Below, one piece after another: positions 1 to 9,968 of a DNA stretch of 64,000 bases. A model generated the notes under the pieces. That model had not been told where the DNA came from. It searched no databases and saw nothing but the letters and a program-made list of their open reading frames with translations. The stretch covers positions 1,216,001 to 1,280,000 of the forward strand of contig CAXXKM010000003.1 in assembly GCA_963664435.2 (NCBI GenBank), given 5' to 3'. The position numbers were made by a program, and so were the translations under genes. This stretch comes from Longimicrobiales bacterium. Its GTDB lineage: Bacteria > Gemmatimonadota > Gemmatimonadetes > Longimicrobiales > Gaopeijiaceae. Within the stretch, counting starts at the first letter, position 1; the number at the start of each line of letters is the position of its first letter.

Positions 1-102
1 GATACGGAGCCGGTGTTGGCGGTCGTCGCGCGCTCCGATGCCCGCGAATGGGAGAACATCGTCGACTTCAAGCGGCCCGAATCCGGGCGGGATGGGGCTT
101 AG
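1..102 (+). CDS. 3' end of a CDS entering the window (possibly a cupin-like C-terminus)
   Basis: Frame 1 reads DTEPVLAVVARSDAREWENIVDFKRPESGRDGA* with TAG at 100-102. Product is a guess. Confidence 0.45.
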   Translation, partial: DTEPVLAVVARSDAREWENIVDFKRPESGRDGA

Positions 103-149
103 CCGTTAGTCCCGCGGGCCACCGAGGCGCTTCGCGGTGATGCCGCTCC

Positions 150-377
150 CTAGAGCACGAGCGCGAGGGGCAGGAGCACCAGGTAGCCGAGAACCAGCAG
201 CAGAGGAGCCGCGGTGATGGAACCCTGTGCGAGCAGGGCATAACCCAGGACGATGACCAGCAACCCGGCGAGGCCGAGGATGCCGTTCTTGCGCGAAAAG
301 CGCAGTGAGCCGGTGTCGCGGCGACGGCTTCCGCCCCGGTTACGGGACGCCCGGCGGTTGGTTCGTTTCCTTGCCAT
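150..377 (-). CDS. Small membrane protein (DUF3098-like)
   Basis: Basic N-terminus, FSRKN motif, two hydrophobic helices (GILGLAGLLVIVLGYALL; APLLLVLGYLVLLPLAL). Confidence 0.65.
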   Translation of the reverse strand: MARKRTNRRASRNRGGSRRRDTGSLRFSRKNGILGLAGLLVIVLGYALLAQGSITAAPLLLVLGYLVLLPLALVL

Positions 378-1431
378 GGTTTCCAAGATCCTGCTGTTCG
401 CGGGACGGGTCAAGCCAGAAGGCGGGGTCATTGGGGAGTTCGGTGGCGCGCAGGCGCGCCATGCGCCAGCGTCCGCGGCGACGTCGCACGACCACCATGA
501 CGGCGAGCAAGGTCCCCAAGAAGGCCCAGAACACGAGCGACTGGGACATCACCAGGAGCCAGCCGTAGCGCCGGCGCACGTATCGGCTCCAATCTCCCTC
601 GAGCTGCCCGCTGGTGACGCCGAAGGTACGACGCAGCGCCGCCTCGAAAGAGTTGCCCTCGCGCCAGCGCGAAAGGAAGAGCGCGAGGCCCCGCTCGCCG
701 CTGGCCGCCACCAGGTACTCGACGGCGGTTGCCGAGAGCATGTACGCGACTTCCGCGGATGCCCGGTCGGCGGGCCACTGCAGGGCGAGGGAGTCGAGCG
801 GAGGCGTTCGGCCTCCCGCCATGGCGATGCGCAGACGCCACCCCTCGGCCGCGTTCCATCCCCCGGAGGCCCATTCCGCGTACCCTTCGGAGAACCATCG
901 CGGGACGCGCAGGCCGCGCAGGTATCCGTGCAAACCGAGGTGCGCCCATTCGTGCCTCAGCACCCGCTCCTCGCTCCAGCCGCGTGTGCGGTCGTCGGCG
1001 TACATGGGAAGGACGATGGTGCCGGCCGAAGGAATGGCCACCCCCGCGCCCCACTCCGGGACCTGGCCCCCGGCGAACTCCAGGAAGTCGGCCTCGGACG
1101 CCGCGAGGTAGACGTTGGCCGTGGCGGGGAAGCCCGGGGGAAGGCCCGGCAGGCCCGGCGCGTTCATCAATTGGTTCAGGACGCGTTCGGCGCGCAGGGA
1201 ATCGCCCGGGGCGTAGTGGAGCGTGATCCCGGATCGCGTCAGGGCGGAATAGCGGGCTGCGTCCTGCTCGAGAGGCGTATCCTGGTCGAGGGGCGCATCC
1301 TGGGCGGGGGACGTGTCCTGATCGGAGGGTGCAACCAAGTCGCGGGGCACATCCGGGTCAGAGGGCGCATCGCCGGGCGGTAGCGGCAACAGCGAGGACA
1401 GGCAAAGCAGGAGGACTGCGGGAAGGCTCAT
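340..1431 (-). CDS. Secreted/membrane-anchored zinc metallopeptidase (peptidase MA-like)
   Basis: Signal peptide MSLPAVLLLCL, HEWAH (HExxH), PRWFSEGYA third-ligand motif, C-terminal TM helix. Start overlaps the rluD stop. Confidence 0.8.
   Translation of the reverse strand: MSLPAVLLLCLSSLLPLPPGDAPSDPDVPRDLVAPSDQDTSPAQDAPLDQDTPLEQDAARYSALTRSGITLHYAPGDSLRAERVLNQLMNAPGLPGLPPGFPATANVYLAASEADFLEFAGGQVPEWGAGVAIPSAGTIVLPMYADDRTRGWSEERVLRHEWAHLGLHGYLRGLRVPRWFSEGYAEWASGGWNAAEGWRLRIAMAGGRTPPLDSLALQWPADRASAEVAYMLSATAVEYLVAASGERGLALFLSRWREGNSFEAALRRTFGVTSGQLEGDWSRYVRRRYGWLLVMSQSLVFWAFLGTLLAVMVVVRRRRGRWRMARLRATELPNDPAFWLDPSREQQDLGNHGKETNQPPGVP
1258..1322. repeat. In-frame 18-bp tandem repeat (about 4 units) encoding QDTSPA-QDAPLD-QDTPLE-QDAA
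   Basis: TCCTG recurs at 1262, 1280, 1298 and 1316. Confidence 0.75.
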
Positions 1432-2441
1432 CCGGATCCCCGGTGCGTTCTCGCCCAGTCGGCGACCTCCACAAGGTCGGGAGGGAGGGATGAACGGAAG
1501 CGCATGCGCGTTCCCAGCAGGGGATGGGTGAAGGAGAGGGCACAGGCGTGCAGGAACTGGCGCCCGGTCCGGCGCGCCACCTCCGCCGCCCAGCGCCGTG
1601 CGGGCCCCGACATCCCCCGCTCCCACCCCGCCCCGTACACGCGATCGCCCACCACCGGGTGCCCGATGTGCGCCAGGTGCACCCGGATCTGGTGGGTGCG
1701 CCCGGTCTCGAGGCGCACCTCGAGCAGCTCCGCCGCCTCCCAGCGCTCCCGTACGGCCAGGTGCGTGACCGCCCGGCGCCCCCCTTCCACCACCGCCATG
1801 CGCTGGCGGGCCCGGGGATCGCGGCCGATGGGAGCATCCACGGTGAGCAGGGTGTCGCGCAAGTGCCCCCAGGCGGCCGCCAGGTAGGTGCGGCCTACCT
1901 TGCGCGCTGCCAGCTCGGCGGAAAGCGCCCGGTGCGCCGCGTCGTTCTTGGCCACCACCAGCAGCCCGGAGGTGTCGCGGTCGAGCCGGTGCACGATCCC
2001 CGGGCGTAACCGGCCCCCCACCCCGGCCAGGTCGGCGACGTGGTGCAGGAGCGCGTTCACCAGCGTCCCGCGGGGGTGGCCCGGCGCCGGGTGAACCACC
2101 AGCCCGGCGGGCTTGTCGACCACCAGCAGCGCGTCGTCCTCATGGACCACGGCGAGGGGGATGTCCTCGGGCAGGAGGTCGACCGGGTCGGGCGGCGGTA
2201 TCTCCACCTCGACGCGCTGCCCGGCCGCCATCCGCGCGGACTTCCTGGCGGGACGCCCCTCCACGTGCACGAGGCCCTGCTGCACCAGCCGGGCCGCCTG
2301 CGTGCGCGACAGGTCGAGGCGGCGGGCCAGCCACGCGTCCAGCCGCTCCGCGCGACCTTCGCCGACGGTGAGCGCCTCGCGCCGCCCGGCGGTGTCTTCC
2401 CCGACAGTGAGCGACTCGCGGCGCCCGGCAGCCCCGCTCAC
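1428..2441 (-). CDS. rluD: RluA-family 23S rRNA pseudouridine synthase with S4 domain
   Basis: RLDAWL S4 domain, VVDKPAGLVVHP, HRLDRDTSG catalytic motif, LETGRTHQIRVH. GTG start inferred. Confidence 0.92.
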   Translation of the reverse strand: MSGAAGRRESLTVGEDTAGRREALTVGEGRAERLDAWLARRLDLSRTQAARLVQQGLVHVEGRPARKSARMAAGQRVEVEIPPPDPVDLLPEDIPLAVVHEDDALLVVDKPAGLVVHPAPGHPRGTLVNALLHHVADLAGVGGRLRPGIVHRLDRDTSGLLVVAKNDAAHRALSAELAARKVGRTYLAAAWGHLRDTLLTVDAPIGRDPRARQRMAVVEGGRRAVTHLAVRERWEAAELLEVRLETGRTHQIRVHLAHIGHPVVGDRVYGAGWERGMSGPARRWAAEVARRTGRQFLHACALSFTHPLLGTRMRFRSSLPPDLVEVADWARTHRGSG

Positions 2442-2577
2442 GGCGCTCGCCGGTCGGCCGGACGCCCCTGGATGCCGACCCCGTCTCGACCAGGGTCGCG
2501 GAGAAGACCGAACCGTACGCTGACGGGGCGCGCCGCCGAAACGGCTCGGGACGGTCGCGGCCCCATCCGACGACCGG

Positions 2578-5500
2578 CTACTCGGCCGCGCGCGCCAGCG
2601 CGATCGCGGCGCGGGTGCCGTCGAACGCCACTTCCCTGCGGTTCGTGTACGCCTCCGGTGAGCCGTCCTCCTCCTCCGCCACCACGATGTCCACCGCCAG
2701 GGTCTCACCCGCGATGAAGGTGCGGTGGCGGGCCGCGGCGGCGCGCACGCCTTCCGGGCCGGAGACGGCGAGCCGGATGCGGTCGGTGACTTCGAGCCCC
2801 GAGTCCCTGCGCAGCCGCTGTACCCGGTTCACCAGCTCGCGCGCCAATCCCTCGGCGCGCAACTCGTCGTCCAGGGCGGGATCGATGGCGGCGGTGAAGC
2901 CGCTGGCGGCGCGCACCACCAGGTCGCCGCGCGCGACCTCCGCCACCTCGAGGTCTTCGGGACCGACCGGGTGTTCCCCACCGTCAACCGTGATGGCGAC
3001 CCCCTCGCCCGCGCGCCAGGCGCGCAGTTGCTCCTGCGCGAGGCCGCGGATGGCCGCGGCGGCGGCGTTGCTGTGCCTCTGGAAGCGAGGTCCCAGCGCG
3101 CGGAAGTTGGGGCGCGCCTCGAGACGCACGAGATCGCCCGCGTCGCGCACGAACGCGACCTGCTTGACGTTCAGCTCCTCCCGCAGCACCGCCAGCACCT
3201 CCTCCCGCAGCGCGACGCCATCGGGCACGGCCGCATGGAGCGTCCGCAGCGGCTGCCGCACCCTCACCCCCGCCTGCTCGCGCGCCGCCCGCCCCAGCGT
3301 CACGAGCTGTCGCACGGCGTCCATCTCCCTTTCCAGCTCATCGTCCAGGCACCCCTCGTCCGGCTCGGGCAGAAGGGCCAGGTGGACGCTCTCGCCCCCG
3401 GTCAGGGCCCGGTGCAGCCAGTCCGCGGTGAAGGGCGCGGCCGGAGCGATCAGCAGACTCACCGTGCGAAGGGCGAGATGCAGGGTGCGGAAAGCGGCGT
3501 CGGCGTCCGCGGCGCCGGTCTTGCCCCAGTAGCGCGGCCGGCTGCGCCGCACGTACCAGTTGGAGAGGTCCTCGTCCACGAACCGGGCGACCTTCCTGCA
3601 GGCGGGGGTGAACTGGTAGTCGTCCAGATCGGACCGCACGCCGCCCACCAGGCGATGTAGCCGCGAAAGCATCCAGCGGTCGAGGAGGGATGCCTGCGAT
3701 CGTCCCGCGTCGGCCCGCCAATCCTCCACGTTCGCATACAGGGCGAAGAACCGGTACGTGTTGAAGAGGGTGTCGAAGAACTTGCGCGCCACCTCGGCGA
3801 TGCCGCCCTCGTCGTAGCGCTTGGGCACCCACGGATTGCTGACCGTGACGAAATACCAGCGCAGCGGATCGGCCCCGTGCGCGGCCACTGCCTCCCAGGG
3901 ATCGACCGCGTTGCCCTTCGACTTCGACATCTTCCGGCCCTCGGCGTCGAGCACCAGGTCGTTGACGAGGACGTTTCGGAACGCCATCCCCCGGCCGAGC
4001 ATGCAGGCGATGGCCATCAGCGAATAGAACCAGCCGCGGGTCTGGTCGAGCCCCTCGCTGATGAAGTCGGCGGGAAAGTGGCGCTCGAAGTGCTCCCGGT
4101 TCTCGAAGGGATAGTGCCACTGCGCGTACGGCATCGCCCCGGAGTCGAACCACACGTCGACGACGGGAGAGGCCCGGCGCATGGTCCCGCCGCATTCCCG
4201 ACAGGGCCAGGTCACTTCGTCGATGAAGGGCCGGTGCGGGTCGAAGTCCTCGCCCAGCGGGCCGGCGCGCTCCTCCAGCTCCGCCAGGCTGCCGATCCAC
4301 TCGGTGGTGTCGTCGTCGCGGTCGCAGACCCAGACCGGGAGCGGCGTACCCCAATAGCGGTCGCGCGACAGCGCCCAATCCACGTTGCCGGCCAGCCACT
4401 CGCCCATGCGCCCCTCGCCGATCTCCGGCGGGTACCAGGCCGTCTCGCGGTTGATGGCGAGCATCTCCTCCTTGAGCGTCGACGTGGCGGCGAACCAGGA
4501 TTCACGCGCGATGTAGAGGAGCGGAGACTGACAGCGCCAGCAATGCGGGTACGAGTGCGCCACGCGACCCGCCCGGTGCAGGTTGCCCCGGCGGTCGAGT
4601 TCATCCACCAGCAGGGGATCTGCGTCCTTTACGAACATCCCCCCTACCAGCGGCAGCCCTTCGTGGAAGCACCCGGCGTCGTCGATGGAACGCATGAGGG
4701 GCAGGCCGTGGCGCTGGCCGGCCGCATAGTCGTCCGCGCCGAAGGCGGGCGCGATGTGCACGATGCCTGTCCCGTCCTCCGCCGTGACGAAGTCCTCGAG
4801 GATGATGCGCCAGGCCGCATCGGAGCCGTCGGGGACGGGCACTACCTCCAGAGGCCGCGCGTAGCGGACGCCTTCGAGCGAACGGGCATCATGCTCGCGG
4901 ATGATGCGCGCGTCTCCGCCCAGCACCCGCTCGACCAGGTCCTTCGCCACGATCACGCGCCGGCCTTCCGCCTCCGCCTCGGCGTAGGTGAGGGCGGGAT
5001 TGAGCGCCAGCGCGACGTTGGAAGGCACCGTCCACGGGGTGGTGGTCCAGGCCAGGAAGGCGCGCCCCTCCGGGTCGGGTTCCCCTTCCTCCGTCAGGAG
5101 AGGCGCGAGGAAGAAGAGGGACGGATCCTCCACCTCGCGGTATCCGAGGGCGACCTCGTGGGAGCTGAGCGCGGTGCCGCAGCGGGGGCAGTAGGGCACG
5201 CTCTTGTGGCCCCGGTAGAGGAGCCCCTTCCCCGCCAGCTGGCTCAGGATCCACCAGACCGACTCGATGTAGCCGGTGTCGCAGGTGACGTAGGGACGCT
5301 CGTAGTCGAGCCAGTACGCGATGCGTTCCGACAGCGCCTCCCAGTCGGCCTTGTAGGTGAAGACGGAGTCCCGGCAGGTGCGGTTGAAGCGCTCGATGCC
5401 CACCGCCTCGATTTCGGGCTTCCCCGAGATGCCGAGCGTCTTCTCCGCCTCGATCTCGACCGGCAGGCCGTGCGTGTCCCATCCCGCGATGCGGGTGACC

Positions 5501-5730
5501 CGGCGTCCCTTGAGCGCCTGGTAGCGGCAGGCGAGATCCTTCAGCGTGCGTCCGAGCACGTGGTGCAGGCCGGGGCGGGCGTTGGAGGTGGGCGGTCCCT
5601 CGTAGAAGACGAAGGGCTCGCGCCCCTCGGAGGCCTCCATGCTGCGGCGGAAGAGATCCTCCTCGCGCCAGCGTTCGAGGGTCTGCTGCTCCAGTTCGAG
5701 CAGCGTGTCGGGAAGCTCCGGATAGCGCAT
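2578..5730 (-). CDS. ileS: Isoleucine--tRNA ligase (type 2)
   Basis: FYEGPPT..GLHH (HIGH variant), GWDTHGLP, WTTTPWT, SRDRYWGTP, EGLDQTRGWFY, KMSKS. Start MRYPELP at 5730. Confidence 0.97.
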   Translation of the reverse strand: MRYPELPDTLLELEQQTLERWREEDLFRRSMEASEGREPFVFYEGPPTSNARPGLHHVLGRTLKDLACRYQALKGRRVTRIAGWDTHGLPVEIEAEKTLGISGKPEIEAVGIERFNRTCRDSVFTYKADWEALSERIAYWLDYERPYVTCDTGYIESVWWILSQLAGKGLLYRGHKSVPYCPRCGTALSSHEVALGYREVEDPSLFFLAPLLTEEGEPDPEGRAFLAWTTTPWTVPSNVALALNPALTYAEAEAEGRRVIVAKDLVERVLGGDARIIREHDARSLEGVRYARPLEVVPVPDGSDAAWRIILEDFVTAEDGTGIVHIAPAFGADDYAAGQRHGLPLMRSIDDAGCFHEGLPLVGGMFVKDADPLLVDELDRRGNLHRAGRVAHSYPHCWRCQSPLLYIARESWFAATSTLKEEMLAINRETAWYPPEIGEGRMGEWLAGNVDWALSRDRYWGTPLPVWVCDRDDDTTEWIGSLAELEERAGPLGEDFDPHRPFIDEVTWPCRECGGTMRRASPVVDVWFDSGAMPYAQWHYPFENREHFERHFPADFISEGLDQTRGWFYSLMAIACMLGRGMAFRNVLVNDLVLDAEGRKMSKSKGNAVDPWEAVAAHGADPLRWYFVTVSNPWVPKRYDEGGIAEVARKFFDTLFNTYRFFALYANVEDWRADAGRSQASLLDRWMLSRLHRLVGGVRSDLDDYQFTPACRKVARFVDEDLSNWYVRRSRPRYWGKTGAADADAAFRTLHLALRTVSLLIAPAAPFTADWLHRALTGGESVHLALLPEPDEGCLDDELEREMDAVRQLVTLGRAAREQAGVRVRQPLRTLHAAVPDGVALREEVLAVLREELNVKQVAFVRDAGDLVRLEARPNFRALGPRFQRHSNAAAAAIRGLAQEQLRAWRAGEGVAITVDGGEHPVGPEDLEVAEVARGDLVVRAASGFTAAIDPALDDELRAEGLARELVNRVQRLRRDSGLEVTDRIRLAVSGPEGVRAAAARHRTFIAGETLAVDIVVAEEEDGSPEAYTNRREVAFDGTRAAIALARAAE

Positions 5731-5744
5731 TCGGCGGGCGCCTC

Positions 5745-6611
5745 CTACGCCAGCGAGGCGATGACCGCGCGGGCCACCGCGGTGAGGCCGGGCTCCGCCT
5801 CCATGGCGACCCGGATGATGGTCGGCACGTCCACCACCTCGAGCGCGTCCGGGAGGCAGACGTCGGTCACGATGCAGAGGCCGCACACCCGCATGCCCAT
5901 GTGGCGCGCGACGATGACCTCCGGCACGGTGGACATGCCCACCACGTCCGCGCCCAGGGCGCGCAGCATGCGGTACTCGGCCCGGGTCTCCAGGCAGGGC
6001 CCGGTCACGGCCGCGTACACGGCGCGCGCGAGCGGAATGCCCTGTGCGAGCGCGGCGTCCAGGGCGACCTGCTGCAGGCCGCGGTCGTAGGGCTCCGACA
6101 TGTCCGGGAAGCGCGGGCCGAGTGCATCGGCGTTGGGGCCCACCAGGGGATTGTCGCCCAGGAGGTTGATGTGGTCGTCGAGCACCACCAGCTGCCCCGC
6201 CGGCCAGAGGGGGTCCATCCCGCCGCACGCCGCCGAAACCACCAGGGTGTCCGCGCCCAGGGCGGCCATCACCCGGACGGGGAAGGTCACCTGCCGGAGG
6301 GTGTAGCCCTCGTACCGGTGGAAGCGGCCCTGCATGGCGACCACGGGAACGCCGTCGAGCGTGCCCAGCAGCAGGCGGCCCTCGTGGCTCTCCACCGTCG
6401 AGACCGGGAAGTGGGGCAGCGCGGTGTAGTCGATGGCGCACTCCACGTCGATCTCGCGCGCGAGGCCGCCCAGCCCGGTGCCCAGCACGATCCCCGCCTT
6501 CGGCCGGAGCGCGCACCGGTCGCGCACCTCCGCGACCGCGGCCTCGATGCTGGCCACCAGGTCCGCAGCCGTCGTGCCCGTCGGCGCGGTCGTCGTGTCG
6601 GTCGCGCTCAT
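5745..6611 (-). CDS. Purine-nucleoside phosphorylase (trimeric PNP type)
   Basis: IVLGTGLG, GRFHRYEG, GPCLETRAE, DVVGMSTVPE. Confidence 0.93.
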   Translation of the reverse strand: MSATDTTTAPTGTTAADLVASIEAAVAEVRDRCALRPKAGIVLGTGLGGLAREIDVECAIDYTALPHFPVSTVESHEGRLLLGTLDGVPVVAMQGRFHRYEGYTLRQVTFPVRVMAALGADTLVVSAACGGMDPLWPAGQLVVLDDHINLLGDNPLVGPNADALGPRFPDMSEPYDRGLQQVALDAALAQGIPLARAVYAAVTGPCLETRAEYRMLRALGADVVGMSTVPEVIVARHMGMRVCGLCIVTDVCLPDALEVVDVPTIIRVAMEAEPGLTAVARAVIASLA

Positions 6612-6642
6612 GTGGTTGCCGTGCTCATCCCGGTCGCCGTCG

Positions 6643-7371
6643 TCACGCGACCGTCCCCGTGCGCCGCGCGGGCGCGCCTGGTCGCGGCCCCAGAAGCGCC
6701 GTGCCGATCCGGACCATGGTGCTGCCCTCCTCGATCGCGATGCCGAAGTCGTTGGTCATCCCCATCGACAGATGTTCCCCCTGGTATCCCTCCAGCCTCC
6801 GCAGCTCCTCGTGCAACCGGCGCAGGGCGCGGAACGCGTCGCGCAGGACGCTTTCGCGATCGGTGAACGGCGCCATGGTCATGAGCCCGCGCACCGCCAG
6901 CCCCGGCAACTCGGTGATCCGGTGGATGGCCTCGCGCGCTTCTTCGGGGGAGACGCCGCTCTTGGCTACCTCTCCGGAGATGTTCACCTGCACCAGCACC
7001 GGAAGCGGAGCGGCGCCGGCGGGCACGAAGCGGTCGAGCCGCTCCGCCAGCCGAACCGTATCCACCGAGTGCAGGAGGTCGCAGATCCCGATTACGCGTG
7101 GGGCCTTGCGGCGTTGGAGGTGGCCGATCATGTGCCAGCGCGGGGCCGGCCGGCCCTCCAGCGCTCCCGCCTTGACCTGGAGCTCCTCCACCCGGTTCTC
7201 GCCGATGTCCCGGATGCCCGCGCCGAGCGCCGCCTCCACCGCCGCCAGCGGGTGGCTCTTGGTCACCGCCACCAGCGTCACGTCGGCGCCGGTGCGTCCG
7301 CTTCGGCGCGCGGCCTCCTCGACCTCGTCGCGGACGCGGGGCAGCGTCTCCTTCAGCCTTTCCGGATACAT
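6643..7371 (-). CDS. yggS: YggS-family PLP-homeostasis protein
   Basis: LVAVTK, GENRVEE, WHMIGHLQ, GLMTM, LSMGMTND, GSTMVRIGT. Confidence 0.95.
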   Translation of the reverse strand: MYPERLKETLPRVRDEVEEAARRSGRTGADVTLVAVTKSHPLAAVEAALGAGIRDIGENRVEELQVKAGALEGRPAPRWHMIGHLQRRKAPRVIGICDLLHSVDTVRLAERLDRFVPAGAAPLPVLVQVNISGEVAKSGVSPEEAREAIHRITELPGLAVRGLMTMAPFTDRESVLRDAFRALRRLHEELRRLEGYQGEHLSMGMTNDFGIAIEEGSTMVRIGTALLGPRPGAPARRTGTVA

Positions 7372-7391
7372 CGATCCATTCCGTCGCCCAT

Positions 7392-7431
7392 AAACCAAAG
7401 GAACCCCGCCGGAAGCTCCGGCGGGGTTCCT
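7392..7431 (-). terminator. Intrinsic terminator after tonB
   Basis: Stem AGGAACCCCGCCGGA / TCCGGCGGGGTTCCT (7399-7431) running into a T-rich tail (TTTGGTTT) on the minus strand. Confidence 0.85.
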
Positions 7432-7456
7432 GTCCGGCTCGGACCGTCCGAAGCGA

Positions 7457-8146
7457 CTAACGCGTCTGGAAGGTAATGGGAATCGCGATCCACACCGGCA
7501 CGATCTTGTCCAGATTGAGCGCCGGGGTGAACCGGAACACGTTGGCCACGCGCAGCGCCGCCTCGTCGAGGGAAGCGTGTCCCGAGGTCTGCGCCACCAG
7601 CGTTCTCTGCACCATGCCTTCCTCGTCGATGAAGAAGTGCACGTTCACGGTCCCGCCGATGCCCGCGTCACGCAGGATCGGGGGATACTCCCGCTCCAGC
7701 GCACGCTGCACCTCGCGCTCGTTGGTGAGGTCGGGGCGCACGGTGTAGGGCGTGAACGTGGGCGCCGCGGAGATGTCGACGGCCTCCTCGTCCGGCGGAG
7801 GAGGCAGCTCCTCGACCGGATTGTCCTCGAACGTGGTCGGCGCGATCGTGATGTCCTCGCTGATGTCGGCCGCGGCGATCACGGGGGTCGCGGGCCGGCT
7901 GATCGCCTGGGGCGGCGGGGGAATCTCGATCTCGGGCGGGAGTTCGATCGCCACGAGCTCCTCGGAATCGAAGGAGACGTCTTCCGCGGTCAAGGTCGGC
8001 CAGAACATGAACATCGCGAAATGAACCACGGTCGCGGCCACCACCGATCCCCAGAACCAGGTGTTGAACGACTTCTTGAAGCGGTCGTTCGCGGTCTCGT
8101 GCGGGACGGCGTCCTGATGCGTCTGCTCGAAGTCTGTGTCGTTCAT
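7457..8146 (-). CDS. tonB: Energy transducer TonB
   Basis: TM helix with S..H motif (SVVAATVVH), Pro-rich linker, C-terminal YP..LRDAGIGGTV..FFID..SG..LDEAAL..FTPA. Confidence 0.9.
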   Translation of the reverse strand: MNDTDFEQTHQDAVPHETANDRFKKSFNTWFWGSVVAATVVHFAMFMFWPTLTAEDVSFDSEELVAIELPPEIEIPPPPQAISRPATPVIAAADISEDITIAPTTFEDNPVEELPPPPDEEAVDISAAPTFTPYTVRPDLTNEREVQRALEREYPPILRDAGIGGTVNVHFFIDEEGMVQRTLVAQTSGHASLDEAALRVANVFRFTPALNLDKIVPVWIAIPITFQTR

Positions 8147-8592
8147 CGTCTCTCCCTCGTCATGCGGCGTTCCAGCTCGGTCGCGAATACGACCCGGACA
8201 ACGTTGGCTTCCTGCAGCTCCTCCTGGACCTGATTCACGAACTGATACGGAACGTCCGTGTCCGCGCGCAAGGAAATCACCAGGCGCCGGTCCGAGGCCG
8301 CGTACTGCGGCGCCACGATGTTGGACAGCGTGGTCATGGTGATGCTGCGGTCGTTCACCCAGACCTCCCCGTTGCGCTCAACCCACACGTGGAGGATGTC
8401 GTCTCTCTTCTCGTCGATCTTCTCGGCGGCCTCGGCCGCGGCCCACTCGATGGGCCGCTCCTTGCTGGTGCGGAACACCGTGGTGACCATGAAGAAAATG
8501 AGAAGCAGGAATGCGATATCGGCCAGCGACGAAGAAGGGATCTCGTCGGAAGCCTTCGATTTGCGCGAGAATCCGCCCTGCTTGATACTCAT
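8143..8592 (-). CDS. exbD: Biopolymer transporter ExbD
   Basis: SSLADIAFLLLIFFMVTT, LRAD..VPY. Confidence 0.9.
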   Translation of the reverse strand: MSIKQGGFSRKSKASDEIPSSSLADIAFLLLIFFMVTTVFRTSKERPIEWAAAEAAEKIDEKRDDILHVWVERNGEVWVNDRSITMTTLSNIVAPQYAASDRRLVISLRADTDVPYQFVNQVQEELQEANVVRVVFATELERRMTRERR

Positions 8593-8595
8593 CGG

Positions 8596-9021
8596 TCAAT
8601 CCTCCAGCAGCTGCAGGGAAATGCGTTCCGCCCCGGCGGTCTGCAGGGCGTCGAGAACATCCACCATGAACCTGTAGGGAGCGTTCGGGTGGGTCTTGAC
8701 CGCGGCGATCAGGTTGGGGTTCTCGGTCACCCCCTGGCGCCAGATGGCTTCAACATCGTTGGCGCGCACCTGCTGAATCTGCGTGCTCTCTCCCCTCTTC
8801 ACGTCCACCAGGCCGTTGGGGAGGACGGAGAGGTGCAGGATGTTGCGCTGGCTCACCTGGACCTCTTCGGCAGACTCGGGAAGCACTACCGCCAGCCCGC
8901 TGTCCTTCGGGAAGACCGTGGTCACCAGAAAGAAGATGAGCAGCAGGAAGGCGATGTCCGCCATCGAAGAGGTGGGGACCTCGTCGCTGACCTTGGATTT
9001 CTTGTTCTGCAGTACGGCCAT
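8596..9021 (-). CDS. exbD: Biopolymer transporter ExbD (second copy)
   Basis: SSMADIAFLLLIFFLVTT, APY..MVDVLD. Confidence 0.9.
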   Translation of the reverse strand: MAVLQNKKSKVSDEVPTSSMADIAFLLLIFFLVTTVFPKDSGLAVVLPESAEEVQVSQRNILHLSVLPNGLVDVKRGESTQIQQVRANDVEAIWRQGVTENPNLIAAVKTHPNAPYRFMVDVLDALQTAGAERISLQLLED

Positions 9022-9104
9022 CTTCCAACCTCCCGCCGCTCGCGGCTGTTCCGTAATCCTTACTCTACCGTTTCGTTCGCCGTATCGTTCCCATCACGCC
9101 CGCG

Positions 9105-9812
9105 TCAGGAGAGGCTCGGCGGGGGCGGGGAGAGGGCAGTGATCGGATCCCTGGCGACCACGGTCAGCTGGCCGGCGTTCTCCAGATCCCAGGTGACGTT
9201 CAGGATCGCCTGCGTGCCCTGCTCCATATCGACGATCAGCTTGTCGATCCGCGTGACGAAGAAGTTGTATCCGATGTTGACCGGAATCGCAATCGCGAGC
9301 CCGGATGCGGTGGTGAGGAGCGCCACCTTGATCCCGCCGGCGACGAGCGCTGGATCGACGCTTCCGGCGGCCTCGATCGACGCGAAGGCCAGAATCATGC
9401 CCGCCACCGTGCCCAGGAAGCCCATGAGAGGGGCCACGTTGGCGATGGTCGCGAGCACCACCAGCCCGCGCTCCAGAAAGCCGAGTTCGATGGTGCCGAC
9501 GGTGCTGACGGCCTGCTCGATCTCGCCCTCGCCGACCTCGCGCCCCTTGATGCGCCGCAGCCCGGCCATGAGGATGGCCGACGCCGGTCCGCGCTTGGAG
9601 CCCGCCGCCGCCATGGCGCCGTCGATGTCCCCGGCGCGAGCCAGCTCGTCGACCTCCGCCAGAACCTTCGCGGTGTCCTTGTGGGCCGCCCAAAGGGTCC
9701 AGAACTTGGCGATCATCACGCCGAGTGCGATAAGCGAGCACAGAACCAGCGGATACATCATGAATCCGCCGTCCGCGAACAGGGTCAGGAGTCCGAATTG
9801 GTCGTTGGCCAC
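9105..9812 (-). CDS. exbB: MotA/TolQ/ExbB proton-channel protein
   Basis: APLMGFLGTVAGMI, GGIKVALLTTASGLAIAIP. First gene of exbB-exbD-exbD-tonB. Confidence 0.92.
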   Translation of the reverse strand: MANDQFGLLTLFADGGFMMYPLVLCSLIALGVMIAKFWTLWAAHKDTAKVLAEVDELARAGDIDGAMAAAGSKRGPASAILMAGLRRIKGREVGEGEIEQAVSTVGTIELGFLERGLVVLATIANVAPLMGFLGTVAGMILAFASIEAAGSVDPALVAGGIKVALLTTASGLAIAIPVNIGYNFFVTRIDKLIVDMEQGTQAILNVTWDLENAGQLTVVARDPITALSPPPPSLS

Positions 9813-9968
9813 CGAAGCCTTCCTTTTGACGGGATTCGACCGGGATCGCAGATGCCCGGGCAGACGGAACTCTAGCGAGCACGCACCGCGCGCGCTACTT
9901 CAGCAGTGCGAAACTATCCGCCCATCGGCGGGCCTGTCAACGCCGAAATCCCGTGAGGAGCCGACGCA

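Noticed and set aside
3877..6090. Long antisense or alternate-frame ORFs (e.g. 3877..6090 +, 13299..15533 -, 16083..18158 +, 44207..46504 -, 60395..62125 +)
   Set aside because: Shadow ORFs of well-supported genes in high-GC DNA, with no motifs.
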